Of a DNA stretch of 64,000 nt, positions 27,230 through 36,500 are shown one piece after another. The position numbers were made by a program, and so were the translations under genes. The stretch spans positions 124,001-188,000 of IMG/VR virus record IMGVR_UViG_3300032770_000002. The stretch is one strand, 5' to 3'. Within the stretch, counting starts at the first letter, position 1. Every line of letters begins with the position of its first letter. The notes under the pieces were generated by a model that was given only the letters and a program-made list of their open reading frames with translations, was not told where the DNA came from and ran no database searches.

Positions 27230-28444
27230 ATGACTGCGCGTGAAATTATTGACGAAGTGGCTGGGTTGCACCTCAAGGCTACGGTCAGAGTTCCCGCGTC
27301 GGTGACTGGGAGCGTGACGGTCATTGGCACTGGGGAGATTCCAACCGGGGTCGTGCCGTGGAACTTACTACGCGAGTGGTCGCATGGCGAGATGAGCTAC
27401 AGCGCTGATTTTGCGGACTTTATTCGTCCACGCATCGCAAACAAGCTTGTCGACGCCGTGGTCAACAACTTGATCGACAAGCACCCGTTCATCATGCGAT
27501 TAGGTTCGCGGCCAAGGCGGGCTAAAATCATCGAGTGGATTCAACGCCGGATCACGTGGCCGCTTGCTCACCCGGAGAATCACCCGCCGCCAGAATCGGT
27601 CAAGTTTGAGTGGATCAACCCTGACGGCACACCCTATGACTTGCGGCCATTGGAGGCCGATTTTACACGCGGGTTGCTCGGCGAAGGTGGAGGTGGCTAC
27701 GCGGACCTATATGGCGACCTGTGTGGTGAGACTGATGTGACTTTTAGGCTGTGTCAACAGGACCAACGAGACAAGTTTCGGACGATCAATGTCAAGTTGC
27801 CAGTTAACAGACACGTCGATTGGCTTTGGGCCGAGAAGTGGGCCACTGACGCCATTTGGTATGCCTTTGTTTATGGCGAGCCGTATAATAACCTTGGCAA
27901 CATGATTCTGTCTGACGAAGACCGAGCTCTTCTTTCACCCAAGCCTGGAGTCAATGTTAAATTTCACAGCATGGGCAAAATCCGGTGGGTTCATGCCGAT
28001 GGCACGCCTTACGACACCCAGCCGCTTTATCGCCGGTTCATTGGGCATAAGCTCAGCGAGGAGACGACGAAAATTGACCACGTAAAACTGTGGGTTGACG
28101 TCTATCTGGGCGACACACGGCCAACTTCGCCCAATGAAAGGTCAGTTGAGACCATTGAAGCCACGATCCCTGTGGGCGTTGGTGTGCGCAAGCTAAGCAA
28201 ATACGCTGAATCACATCGCTACCTGACGCCGAACGTCATCATGGACAGGAGATGGGATTCTGGCTGGTGGTTGCCAGAGTTCGTTAATGAGCTCGAGTCG
28301 ATGAACCGAGATGAACTGTTCCATCATGGGGTCTGGTTTGGGCTGCGTAAGATTGAGTATTATGACGAGCACAACGAGTTGGTCGACCCACACATCGTTG
28401 ACCGGCTAGGCGTCAGTTACATGCTCGACAAGAACGCTACTTAA
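27230..28444 (+). CDS. modular-array polyprotein (C+C+divergent C)
   Basis: TAREIIDE leader; NPDGTPYDLRPL, HADGTPYDTQPL, YYDEHNELVDP; alternative start 27209. Confidence 0.8.
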   Translation: MTAREIIDEVAGLHLKATVRVPASVTGSVTVIGTGEIPTGVVPWNLLREWSHGEMSYSADFADFIRPRIANKLVDAVVNNLIDKHPFIMRLGSRPRRAKIIEWIQRRITWPLAHPENHPPPESVKFEWINPDGTPYDLRPLEADFTRGLLGEGGGGYADLYGDLCGETDVTFRLCQQDQRDKFRTINVKLPVNRHVDWLWAEKWATDAIWYAFVYGEPYNNLGNMILSDEDRALLSPKPGVNVKFHSMGKIRWVHADGTPYDTQPLYRRFIGHKLSEETTKIDHVKLWVDVYLGDTRPTSPNERSVETIEATIPVGVGVRKLSKYAESHRYLTPNVIMDRRWDSGWWLPEFVNELESMNRDELFHHGVWFGLRKIEYYDEHNELVDPHIVDRLGVSYMLDKNAT

Positions 28445-28448
28445 GTCA

Positions 28449-29720
28449 ATGAGCGAGAATGCGCGCAGGCTAGTTGATTCTGTCTTTGAGATGGCGCTAG
28501 ACCCAGGCCAATATCCGAACTTTGTTCACCCGGAGCGTCGGCGACAGTTCACGCGGGGTGAACACCCGATGGCCAAAAATCCGGCCTACCCACCCTTTAC
28601 GCCACAGCCAGGGCAGAAGGAAGTCAACTGGGAAGAGGTCGTGGGCGGCGGCCAATACAGGGACACCCTTGCGCGGATCCAGACGTTCTTCAATCGGCTT
28701 CATGGCAACGAACCTGGCGATCAGACTTACACATTTCAGACCATCGCCCAGTCCATGTTTCAGGCCGTTGAAGACGCGATGGGGATGGAGAAGCCCTATC
28801 GCCGCGCGCTTGAAAAGCTGGCCATCGACTTGCTGCTTGAGCAACCTGAGTTTAAGGCGCTGAAGGAGCCATATGAAAAGGGTGAGTTCAAGATCGACGC
28901 TAAGCTTGGCGCGCAGGGTGACCTTCGCCTCGTCGCCTTGTCGTCGGATGAAGTAACGCCGACGCAGCAGGAGGAATTTGCGGCCTTCCAAGAGATGGCC
29001 GGCTTTGACGACGAGGTGGCCAAGCGGCGCGTCCTTAACGCCTTGATTGCTGGCGGAGCGGTCTCGAAGAACTACGCCTACCAACTGATCAACTCGAAGA
29101 TTGAGAAGATCTCACCCGGCTTGCCGACGCTCTACGGGATGGCGATGGCCGGGACTGAGTTGGGCTATTTTGCGTTGCCAGACGAGGCCGTTGGTCAGGC
29201 CGCTCGCACACCCGGGGCGGCGGGTGGTTCAATGGAACTTGACATGTCCGACGTGCCAACCATCAAGGTCAGGGCAATGATCTTCCCGATGCTCGTCCAA
29301 GAGCTGGCCAAGGGCTTTCTTGAATTGGCCGCCTATGAAGGCTTGCCAAAGGACCCTGCCGTTGCCAAGGGCGTCATTGCCAAAGCTGACCTAGCTGACG
29401 AGGAGTCGTGGGCGATGATCATGGGCCGCGGGCTGTGGATGCGGTTTGTCAACGCCATCGGTGCGGATGATGACGAGGTGACACTGCACCTCTACAACCG
29501 GATTGCCGCGTTGCCGGCGGCTGAGTTCAACCAGACCATGCGGACCATTCAGGCCGGTGGGCCAGAAGCCGAGCGCCTGCTGCGTGAGATGGCCAAGTCC
29601 ATTCGTGATGACATTGAGGCTGAAAAGCACGGGACGCTTGAGGAACCCGAAGGTGGCGAAGGTGGCGAGGAGGGTGGCGACGAGTTTGGCATTGACCCAG
29701 ACGCGTGGAAAAATGGATGA
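28449..29720 (+). CDS. large-phage hypothetical protein, acidic C-tail
   Basis: ENARRLVD leader; KRRVLNALIAGG, PTIKVRAMIFPMLVQELAKG; resembles a family I recall from large uncultured phages. Confidence 0.8.
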   Translation: MSENARRLVDSVFEMALDPGQYPNFVHPERRRQFTRGEHPMAKNPAYPPFTPQPGQKEVNWEEVVGGGQYRDTLARIQTFFNRLHGNEPGDQTYTFQTIAQSMFQAVEDAMGMEKPYRRALEKLAIDLLLEQPEFKALKEPYEKGEFKIDAKLGAQGDLRLVALSSDEVTPTQQEEFAAFQEMAGFDDEVAKRRVLNALIAGGAVSKNYAYQLINSKIEKISPGLPTLYGMAMAGTELGYFALPDEAVGQAARTPGAAGGSMELDMSDVPTIKVRAMIFPMLVQELAKGFLELAAYEGLPKDPAVAKGVIAKADLADEESWAMIMGRGLWMRFVNAIGADDDEVTLHLYNRIAALPAAEFNQTMRTIQAGGPEAERLLREMAKSIRDDIEAEKHGTLEEPEGGEGGEEGGDEFGIDPDAWKNG

Positions 29721-30049
29721 ACCGTGGTGGTCATCTTCGCAGGTTTAGGAGGCGGCTGATGGCCGAATATCTTGCGTCTAATGAAGCGGCAGGTTGGGGG
29801 CGTGGTAATTATCCTCTTAAATTTTGCAATTCTCTTGGACCGATGGGTCGACATTGCCGGCTGTGGCTTGAAAATGAATTGTTTAAGCTTCGCGATGCTG
29901 GTAAAATTTTACACAACGTGGAGGTCAAAGACGGGTTCAGACGCAGTGTTTTTTATCCTGATACTTTAGCAGTTCGACGTTCCATCCAGCGTCATGTTGG
30001 AGGTCTGCTGAGCGACTCACAGATCGTCATCGACTCACTTTACAAATAA
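29717..30049 (+). CDS. hypothetical protein
   Basis: ATGA-coupled; ends RHVGGLLSDS-QIVIDSL like the array junctions. Confidence 0.55.
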   Translation: MNRGGHLRRFRRRLMAEYLASNEAAGWGRGNYPLKFCNSLGPMGRHCRLWLENELFKLRDAGKILHNVEVKDGFRRSVFYPDTLAVRRSIQRHVGGLLSDSQIVIDSLYK

Positions 30050-30081
30050 TTGTTTACAAATCTAAGGTGAGGGTGTAAAGT
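30050..30081 (+). promoter_or_regulatory. putative early sigma70-type promoter
   Basis: TTTACA, 17 bp, GTG-TAAAGT. Confidence 0.65.
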
Positions 30082-30087
30082 GCGCCC

Positions 30088-30606
30088 ATGTTCGACGTCA
30101 CAACGCTGAAAATTGGGCCGCTTCCAGAGGCGCTTGTCTCGGCTTCCATTGACTTCGCCACTCAATTTAGCGTGAAGATGCACGAGACCATGATGCCGGC
30201 GTCTGTCTTCTTCACCAAGCAGGGACGATTTGGGACGGTCAAAATTCCGGTAATCCAAGACCCCAGTGACAAAAATGTGGTCTCGCAAGTCATTCGTGAT
30301 TTCAGGCGTGATTGCGATGCCGTCACTTTTGTCGCTGAATCGTGGATAGTCGAGCGGCCAGTAAACAGGAAAGACCCAAACAAGGAAGACGTCAAGAAGA
30401 TGGCGGACAAGATGTTTCCGACTGGCATCATCCACGACGAGCCGGATCGTAAGGAGGTCGTCATGCTATGCATCTACGTCAAGTCAAGGACACTCATTCT
30501 TACCGCGCCCATCGAACGCACCCCAGACAAGGTCAGTCTTGGCGATTGGGAGGTGACTCAGGACTCCGCAGTCGATTCTCGACTCGCAGGGAGGTTTATA
30601 GATTGA
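30088..30606 (+). CDS. hypothetical protein
   Basis: 172-aa ORF 6 nt after the promoter. Confidence 0.75.
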   Translation: MFDVTTLKIGPLPEALVSASIDFATQFSVKMHETMMPASVFFTKQGRFGTVKIPVIQDPSDKNVVSQVIRDFRRDCDAVTFVAESWIVERPVNRKDPNKEDVKKMADKMFPTGIIHDEPDRKEVVMLCIYVKSRTLILTAPIERTPDKVSLGDWEVTQDSAVDSRLAGRFID

Positions 30607-31244
30607 TGACATTCGGTGCCAAAGCGTTGATTGACTCGCTTCTTTACGAGATGCCACGCCACCTGACTAGGAAGCCTGAGCATGACCGGCCGCGGATAAC
30701 GTATACGACTGAGTTGGACGGGTGGAACGGCAACTTCTTGTGCAAGGCGACTGCAATCCTTTCGAGCGGTGAGACGAAGGTCTTTAAGACGACCGTTCCA
30801 ATGACGCCTGAACAACGTGAAACGTGCAAGACACTCAATTTCGACCAGGCCAAGAGGCAGTATCCAAAGGAGACTAAGCAAGTTTATGACGAGGCCGTCT
30901 CGGCCGCGCGCGAGTGGATTGAAAAGAATGACGAGCCATACGTCATGATGGACCAGTCACTCAACTACGACCTCATCGGTGACGACCTGCTGTGGGTTCT
31001 CAAGGGTTTCCGATACGTTGTTGGAAATAAAGGGGTGTTGGGTGGCGGTCCGGCAGCGTCCTTAGCGGCCTTGGCCAACATGATGAAGCCAGGAGACAAG
31101 GTGGTCCAGGTGACCACCCGCGACCACCCACAGGATTTTCGCTTAACCTATTTCGTCGTTGTCAACCCTGCCGAGGGTGAGGAACTCCACCGTCGGGCCA
31201 TTGAGGCCAAGCGCAAAGAGGTCAGTTCATACCTTGAAACATGA
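30606..31244 (+). CDS. modular-array protein (D+B)
   Basis: GAKALID leader; AILSSGETKVF...AVSAAREWIEKN; YFVVVNPAEGEELHRR. Confidence 0.8.
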   Translation: MTFGAKALIDSLLYEMPRHLTRKPEHDRPRITYTTELDGWNGNFLCKATAILSSGETKVFKTTVPMTPEQRETCKTLNFDQAKRQYPKETKQVYDEAVSAAREWIEKNDEPYVMMDQSLNYDLIGDDLLWVLKGFRYVVGNKGVLGGGPAASLAALANMMKPGDKVVQVTTRDHPQDFRLTYFVVVNPAEGEELHRRAIEAKRKEVSSYLET

Positions 31245-31621
31245 GCGCGCTGATGATCATCGATGCCGTCTACGAGGAAGACGGGATGAAGGCCAACTAC
31301 CGACTTCAGCAAGTCGGCCATACGTTAGCTGAAATGGGCGCCTGGTTTGGAAGCTTGTGGTCTTGGTCTCGTTCAACAGGATTACGCGAGGTTTCAACAG
31401 AATTACGCGAGCAAATTGTCAAGGAGATTGATGACAGGTTTGGGGTTCCTGTCGGCGGCGTCTTTCGCGAGTGCCTTAATCGCTACTTCATCAGTGACAT
31501 CGTCAGCTACCTTGCCAACGCTGAACACTTGCCGGCCATCCAGACATTCATCAGTGACGAGTGCCAAGCTTGGCTAAAGGCCAGGATCTTCAAGGCCAAA
31601 TTTGAAATGAGGCACGGGTGA
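31241..31621 (+). CDS. modular-array protein (A)
   Basis: IDDRFGVPV...FISDECQAWLK. Confidence 0.7.
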   Translation: MSALMIIDAVYEEDGMKANYRLQQVGHTLAEMGAWFGSLWSWSRSTGLREVSTELREQIVKEIDDRFGVPVGGVFRECLNRYFISDIVSYLANAEHLPAIQTFISDECQAWLKARIFKAKFEMRHG

Positions 31622-32103
31622 TTCGAGTCAATGTCAACGGCAGGCTGTGGGAGCTCGGCCAAGAGGTCGATCCTGAGTGGCCATTTCAGGTTGAAAAAGA
31701 TGTTGGGTTTGATGGCCTGGTTTTGCTTAATGACAACGAGAAGTCAGACTATTTGACTCACGTTGGATTTGTTCGCGGTAGTGCAACGGTCTTTTTCTAT
31801 GGCATCGAGGACGGCGACCTCTATTATTTGGGCGAGGACCCAAGCGTCGAGTCAGACCAAATGGTCATTGAATCACCGTATCGTGACGCCGAGTATTTGC
31901 TCGTCAATGGTGGGACGGCCTACTGGTCCAAGCCTGTCAACTTTGACATTGGGCCGTTCAAGAAGAAAGTGGTCGACAAGTATGACAAGGCCGTGCCATG
32001 GGCTGAGGTTGACGCGTATGGCGACAAGGTAGACCGCGACATTGGCGAGTCAGCAGCTCGTCTGGCTATCGATAACCTGTTCTTACAACGTGACCGGACT
32101 TAG
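31618..32103 (+). CDS. hypothetical protein
   Basis: 161 aa; ends IGES-AARLAIDNL. Confidence 0.7.
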   Translation: MIRVNVNGRLWELGQEVDPEWPFQVEKDVGFDGLVLLNDNEKSDYLTHVGFVRGSATVFFYGIEDGDLYYLGEDPSVESDQMVIESPYRDAEYLLVNGGTAYWSKPVNFDIGPFKKKVVDKYDKAVPWAEVDAYGDKVDRDIGESAARLAIDNLFLQRDRT

Positions 32104-32302
32104 ACGATTTACAGCCCGAGATTTGATTGAGGTCGGCGACCCGGAGATGATTGCCGACCTCCTTCTTGAGGCCGACGATGCCGAATATGCCCAGGTCTTT
32201 CCAGAGCCGGAAGACGCTGACTTGGATCAAGAGACAATCATTCGTCGTATGAACCTAGTGAGACGAATTCACCAAGAGCTTGACGGTGAGGTGGTGCGAT
32301 GA
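32090..32302 (+). CDS. small acidic protein
   Basis: GTG 32090; TARDLIE...LLLEADD. Confidence 0.55.
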   Translation: MTGLRRFTARDLIEVGDPEMIADLLLEADDAEYAQVFPEPEDADLDQETIIRRMNLVRRIHQELDGEVVR

Positions 32303-33555
32303 CTTCTCGCCAAGGCCTCATGCTCCAAATGATTGAGCACACTCAGTATTGGTCTGAGTGCAATCAAAAGCAGCGCAAGAAGATCGAGAACCTCTTCAAG
32401 TGGGCCCGCAACGTCGTGCAGTCCAATGACGGCGTCTTCTGGATGGCCCGAGTCTTTCGCCGTGCGTTCATCTACCTCAGCCTTGACATTGACCCGGCGA
32501 ACCCTAAAAAGCCAGTCAAGGGCAAGTGGTTTTACCGCGCGAAGAAGCTTGACTCGCAGGGCTACTCACTCGAAAAGGCCGTCAAGGAAGTCTGCTTCTT
32601 CATCCAGCTTCAGCCTGGCATTGGGACGTCGCAGTTTGAGACGGTCTTCACGAACTTGCGGCAGAAGGCCGCACGCCTTGGAAAGTTTGACATCGACAAG
32701 ATCAACCCGACAGTGTTGAAGCTGGTCGTGCGCGGAGCCGGCGGCGAAGGCATGGGCCACAAGGAAGACTGTCCAGCCACAAAGGGTGGACACTGCAACT
32801 GTGGGTGGCGTGACATTGAGCGCAAGGCCGCCGAGCTCGCGCCAATGCGCGGGCCAATTGCCGTGGCCCTGGGCATCGCCAACCTGAGATACACGAACCC
32901 CGACGGCACTGACCGCCCAACGGACGCAGTCTACCAAGAGTTGAACCAGATTGGCAGCTCACTTGAGGCGATTGAAAAGCTGCCTGAAGGCAAGACCATC
33001 ATTCAGCTTCCAGACGGGGCAAAGTGGGTGTCACTCGACTGCCACGGCAACGAGTATGAAGGCAAGCTCATGGGCCACTGCGGCAACCAAGGTGGCAAGG
33101 CCGGCGACAAGCTGCTGTCACTGCGCGTGCCGTCAACGAAGTTCATGGGCTTCTTCGAGCCGAAGCTGACGTTCATCTTCGATCCTCGAACGGGCGCCCT
33201 CGGTGAGATGAAGGGCTTCGGCAACAAAAAGCCGGACAAAGCCTACCACAAGGACATTCTTGAGCTGTTGAAGAACAAGATGGTCAAGAAGCTGAACGGG
33301 ATGGGATACTTGCCATCGAACAACTTCAGCATCAATGACCTTAGTGACGAAGACCTGCACGAGCTCGCCGTCGTTCGGCCAGACTTGATCAAGGCCCAGT
33401 TGACCAGCGGTGACCAATTTCAGAAGATCTCTCAGTCTCGCTATCAGAAATTGACTGGTGAAAAGAGGGAAAAGAAGCCAGCTCCCACGTCACGGGTTCG
33501 TCAACCAACTGAGCCTGAGGACGACGAACGCGAGGATCTTCCTCTTCCTGAGTGA
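32299..33555 (+). CDS. hypothetical protein with PcfJ-like C-terminal domain
   Basis: KWVSL...EGKLMGHCG...LLSLR...GEMKGFGNKKP..YH. Confidence 0.6.
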   Translation: MTSRQGLMLQMIEHTQYWSECNQKQRKKIENLFKWARNVVQSNDGVFWMARVFRRAFIYLSLDIDPANPKKPVKGKWFYRAKKLDSQGYSLEKAVKEVCFFIQLQPGIGTSQFETVFTNLRQKAARLGKFDIDKINPTVLKLVVRGAGGEGMGHKEDCPATKGGHCNCGWRDIERKAAELAPMRGPIAVALGIANLRYTNPDGTDRPTDAVYQELNQIGSSLEAIEKLPEGKTIIQLPDGAKWVSLDCHGNEYEGKLMGHCGNQGGKAGDKLLSLRVPSTKFMGFFEPKLTFIFDPRTGALGEMKGFGNKKPDKAYHKDILELLKNKMVKKLNGMGYLPSNNFSINDLSDEDLHELAVVRPDLIKAQLTSGDQFQKISQSRYQKLTGEKREKKPAPTSRVRQPTEPEDDEREDLPLPE

Positions 33556-33570
33556 GGTTAAACTCAGGAA
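33545..33570 (+). terminator. possible hairpin/terminator
   Basis: TTCCTGAG-N10-CTCAGGAA inverted repeat at the end of 32299-33555, followed by a T-rich tract. Confidence 0.35.
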
Positions 33571-33583
33571 ATTTCTGGTTTTC

Positions 33584-33591
33584 CTAGTTAG
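33584..33591 (+). promoter_or_regulatory. possible late-promoter motif CTAGTTAG
   Basis: 3 nt upstream of the 1789-aa structural gene. Confidence 0.3.
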
Positions 33592-33594
33592 GTC

Positions 33595-36500
33595 ATGGCA
33601 ATTGAAGTCAGGTTCGCCGGAGAACGTGACGCCGCAAACCCCAACATCATTCACTATGTTGGAAATGCGGGCACAATCGCTGGCACATACTACAGCGACC
33701 TGACGCTCGACTTCAACCTGGTCACGGGTGATTGGACGGCGAATGTTCCGCCAGGTTTTCCGGCTGGAGTCCAGGTCTCGGCATCGTGGATTGACCTCGA
33801 CCCGCACGTCGTTCGGCCAGAGCCAACGACCCGCCTTCAAAGCGCCATTGGACGTCCTGAGAGCGACATCATCAGCCCTGATTCACCGCGTCCTTGGCAC
33901 ACTGAACAACCTGGACTGGACGCCTATTGGAAGCTGGAAGAGTCGATAGGGCACGTTCGCGTCGACTCTGAGGATGGGCACGACCTCACCCCAGACACCG
34001 GCTATTTTGGGAACCAAGTGTCGAGTGACATTGGCATTGTTGGCACCTGCGCCTATGGGTCATCAACGTCGTATGGCCTCCTGATCAATGACGCCTTCAA
34101 CATCTCCAACAAGTCGTTTTCACTGACATTCTGGGCCAAGCAGTTTCCAGCGGCTCAACCTTTTTATCAGTGGGTCCTGTCGCAGTGCCAAACGGCCGAC
34201 CCAGTCCATGGCTTGGGCAATGACATTGAGTTTGGGATCTACAACTACTACCCATTTGGCAACTTTGAGTGGCACGTCTTCCAGAATGATGGAACGGACA
34301 TCTTGCTAGATTCTGGGGCTGGTGCGTTTGTCACCAACGTCTGGTTTTTCTTCGCGTGCGGTTACGATGACGTCAACAAGGTCAGTTGGATTTCCGTCAA
34401 TGGAGCCCCGAGGATCACGACCCCATGCAACAGCGCTCGCTCGCACACGCACACAGACTTTAGGCTGTTTTGGGTAAGTGGTTCGTCGAACTACCTTAAC
34501 ATCCCAAACTGCTTTTACGGGTGGATTGATGAGGCGGCCTTCTGGAGCCGCAACATGACCGATGACGAGATTTCGGCTTACTACAACGGCACCCGTAAGT
34601 TCGATGAGTTCGAGACAATCACCGTCTATGGAACGGTGCCAGGGACGGTTGACTTCGAGTTGTTTGATGACGCGCCATGGCACCGGTCGCTGACGGGCGA
34701 TCGTGAGCGTCGGCTCATGACGGACATGGACCTCACTGGACCGTCCTGTCACGCCATCGCCACGCTGACCATTCCAACGGTCCTCGATCAAAGCAACGTC
34801 CCATACACCTTGTCCACAGTTAAGGGACTGACTAGCGCGCTTCCACTTCAAACTTCAGCCGCAGTTAGCGACGAGTTTGGCGACCCATGCTTCGCCATCG
34901 CGGTTCCTGGGACTGTCGCCGGGACGGTCATTTCAAACGACCCGATCTTAACGCCAACGGGCCTCGTCTATGGCGTGCTCGTCAGTGACCCACAGTCATT
35001 TTTTACCCCCACGTTTCGTGATGGGCTGTGGGAATGGTGGCCATTTAACGAGCACCCTGAGTCCAACCTGACCGTCTTTGAGCGGGTGTGGGGTGGTTCG
35101 ACTGACCTTGACGGTTTCCTTGACACGGATCGCACGCTCATTGAGGACTGGGGGTGGGCGCTTCACGTTCCGCGTGAGCGGTCAATTACGCTTCCATTCC
35201 ACGAAGCCACAGCTTTTGGCTCGATGACATTGACCGAGCGATTTCAGCTCGTCAACGACCTAGGCGACGGCACGTCCACACTCTTTGCGATTGACAGTCT
35301 GCGAGTCACCGTTGAGAGCAGCTCAGGGAGCTACACGCTTCGAGTTGAGGTTTGGAGCGGCGGCACGTGGACCACTGAGGCCTCGACGAGCGTCAGCCTT
35401 GGCGTTGACTACTACCTGGCCATCGTCTTTGACGGGTCGGTAGTTTCACGCTTCTTGCTCTACGCCGAAACTGACGTTGACCCGGCGCCGACGTTCAGTG
35501 GCGGTCCATTCGCCGACACGGCCGACCTGACTGGGTCGATTGAGGCGTCCATTTCCTGCGACCTCCTGACTTTCTACGTCTACGACCTTCGAATTTGGAC
35601 AAGTGAGAAGACGGACACCGAGTTGAAGGCGATGCGGCGCCGAGTCATCCACGAGGCTCCGCAAGCTCGGTGGCCTTCGGTCGTCCCAACGGAGCAGGGG
35701 TCTGGGTATGCCTTGCTGACGTGGGCGCGAAGTGGCTTTGTCTACCCTGGCGGGCCGAGTCCCACCATTGTTGGTGGCACGATGGCGACTTGGCTTCTTG
35801 AAAAGGAGAGCGTCAGCATCCTCCTCAAGGCGGCCCGCGTCTTTGACGACATTCGAGTTGAAGACCTAGGGTTCGGCGGTGGCCAAGCCATCGTTGAGCC
35901 GTGGACCTTGGGCTCGCAGTTTTCACTGGTCCTCGCTGACTCAAGGGCCGTGGTCGCGTCGTCGATGGGCGTCATTGGTGACAACCCAATTTGGGAGGGT
36001 GAGTTTGGGCCTTGGGAACCGGAGGCAAACCGCAACATCACGGCACACCGGGCATGGTTCAGTGGCTCTGGGAAGTCGTGGGACATCGAGGTTAAGTCGA
36101 CTATCGGTGGCCCAGCTCTCGTCGCGATTGAGGAAGACTTGGGCGGCATGGGGAGCGCACTCGTTGACGCGGGCCATGAGGCCCTTGAGGTCATGACAAC
36201 CGGGTCCATCGTCACGACTGGCACGGTGGACCACGGGGCCAACATGTTCCTCTACAGCCCAACGAGTGTTGTCGTGGACATTGCGGGCATCGACGAGTGG
36301 GTTGACCAGAACTCGTTTGGGCTAGGGCAGAACCCTCCCGTTGCGGCCATCGACTCACGTGGCAAGCTGACGTTTTACGTGGCGACGGCCCTTTCAGCAG
36401 GACCTTACCGGTTGACGCTCGACGCCGGGAACATTGGGCAGGTGGCTAGCGACTTTGTTGGGCTGCAAGTCGACGTCACCATCGCCCAAAGTTCAACTTA

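Noticed and set aside
22203-28444. Diversity-generating retroelement (template/variable repeats) behind the module C copies
   Set aside because: No reverse transcriptase in the window; the compared copies differ at synonymous positions of all base types, not specifically at adenines.
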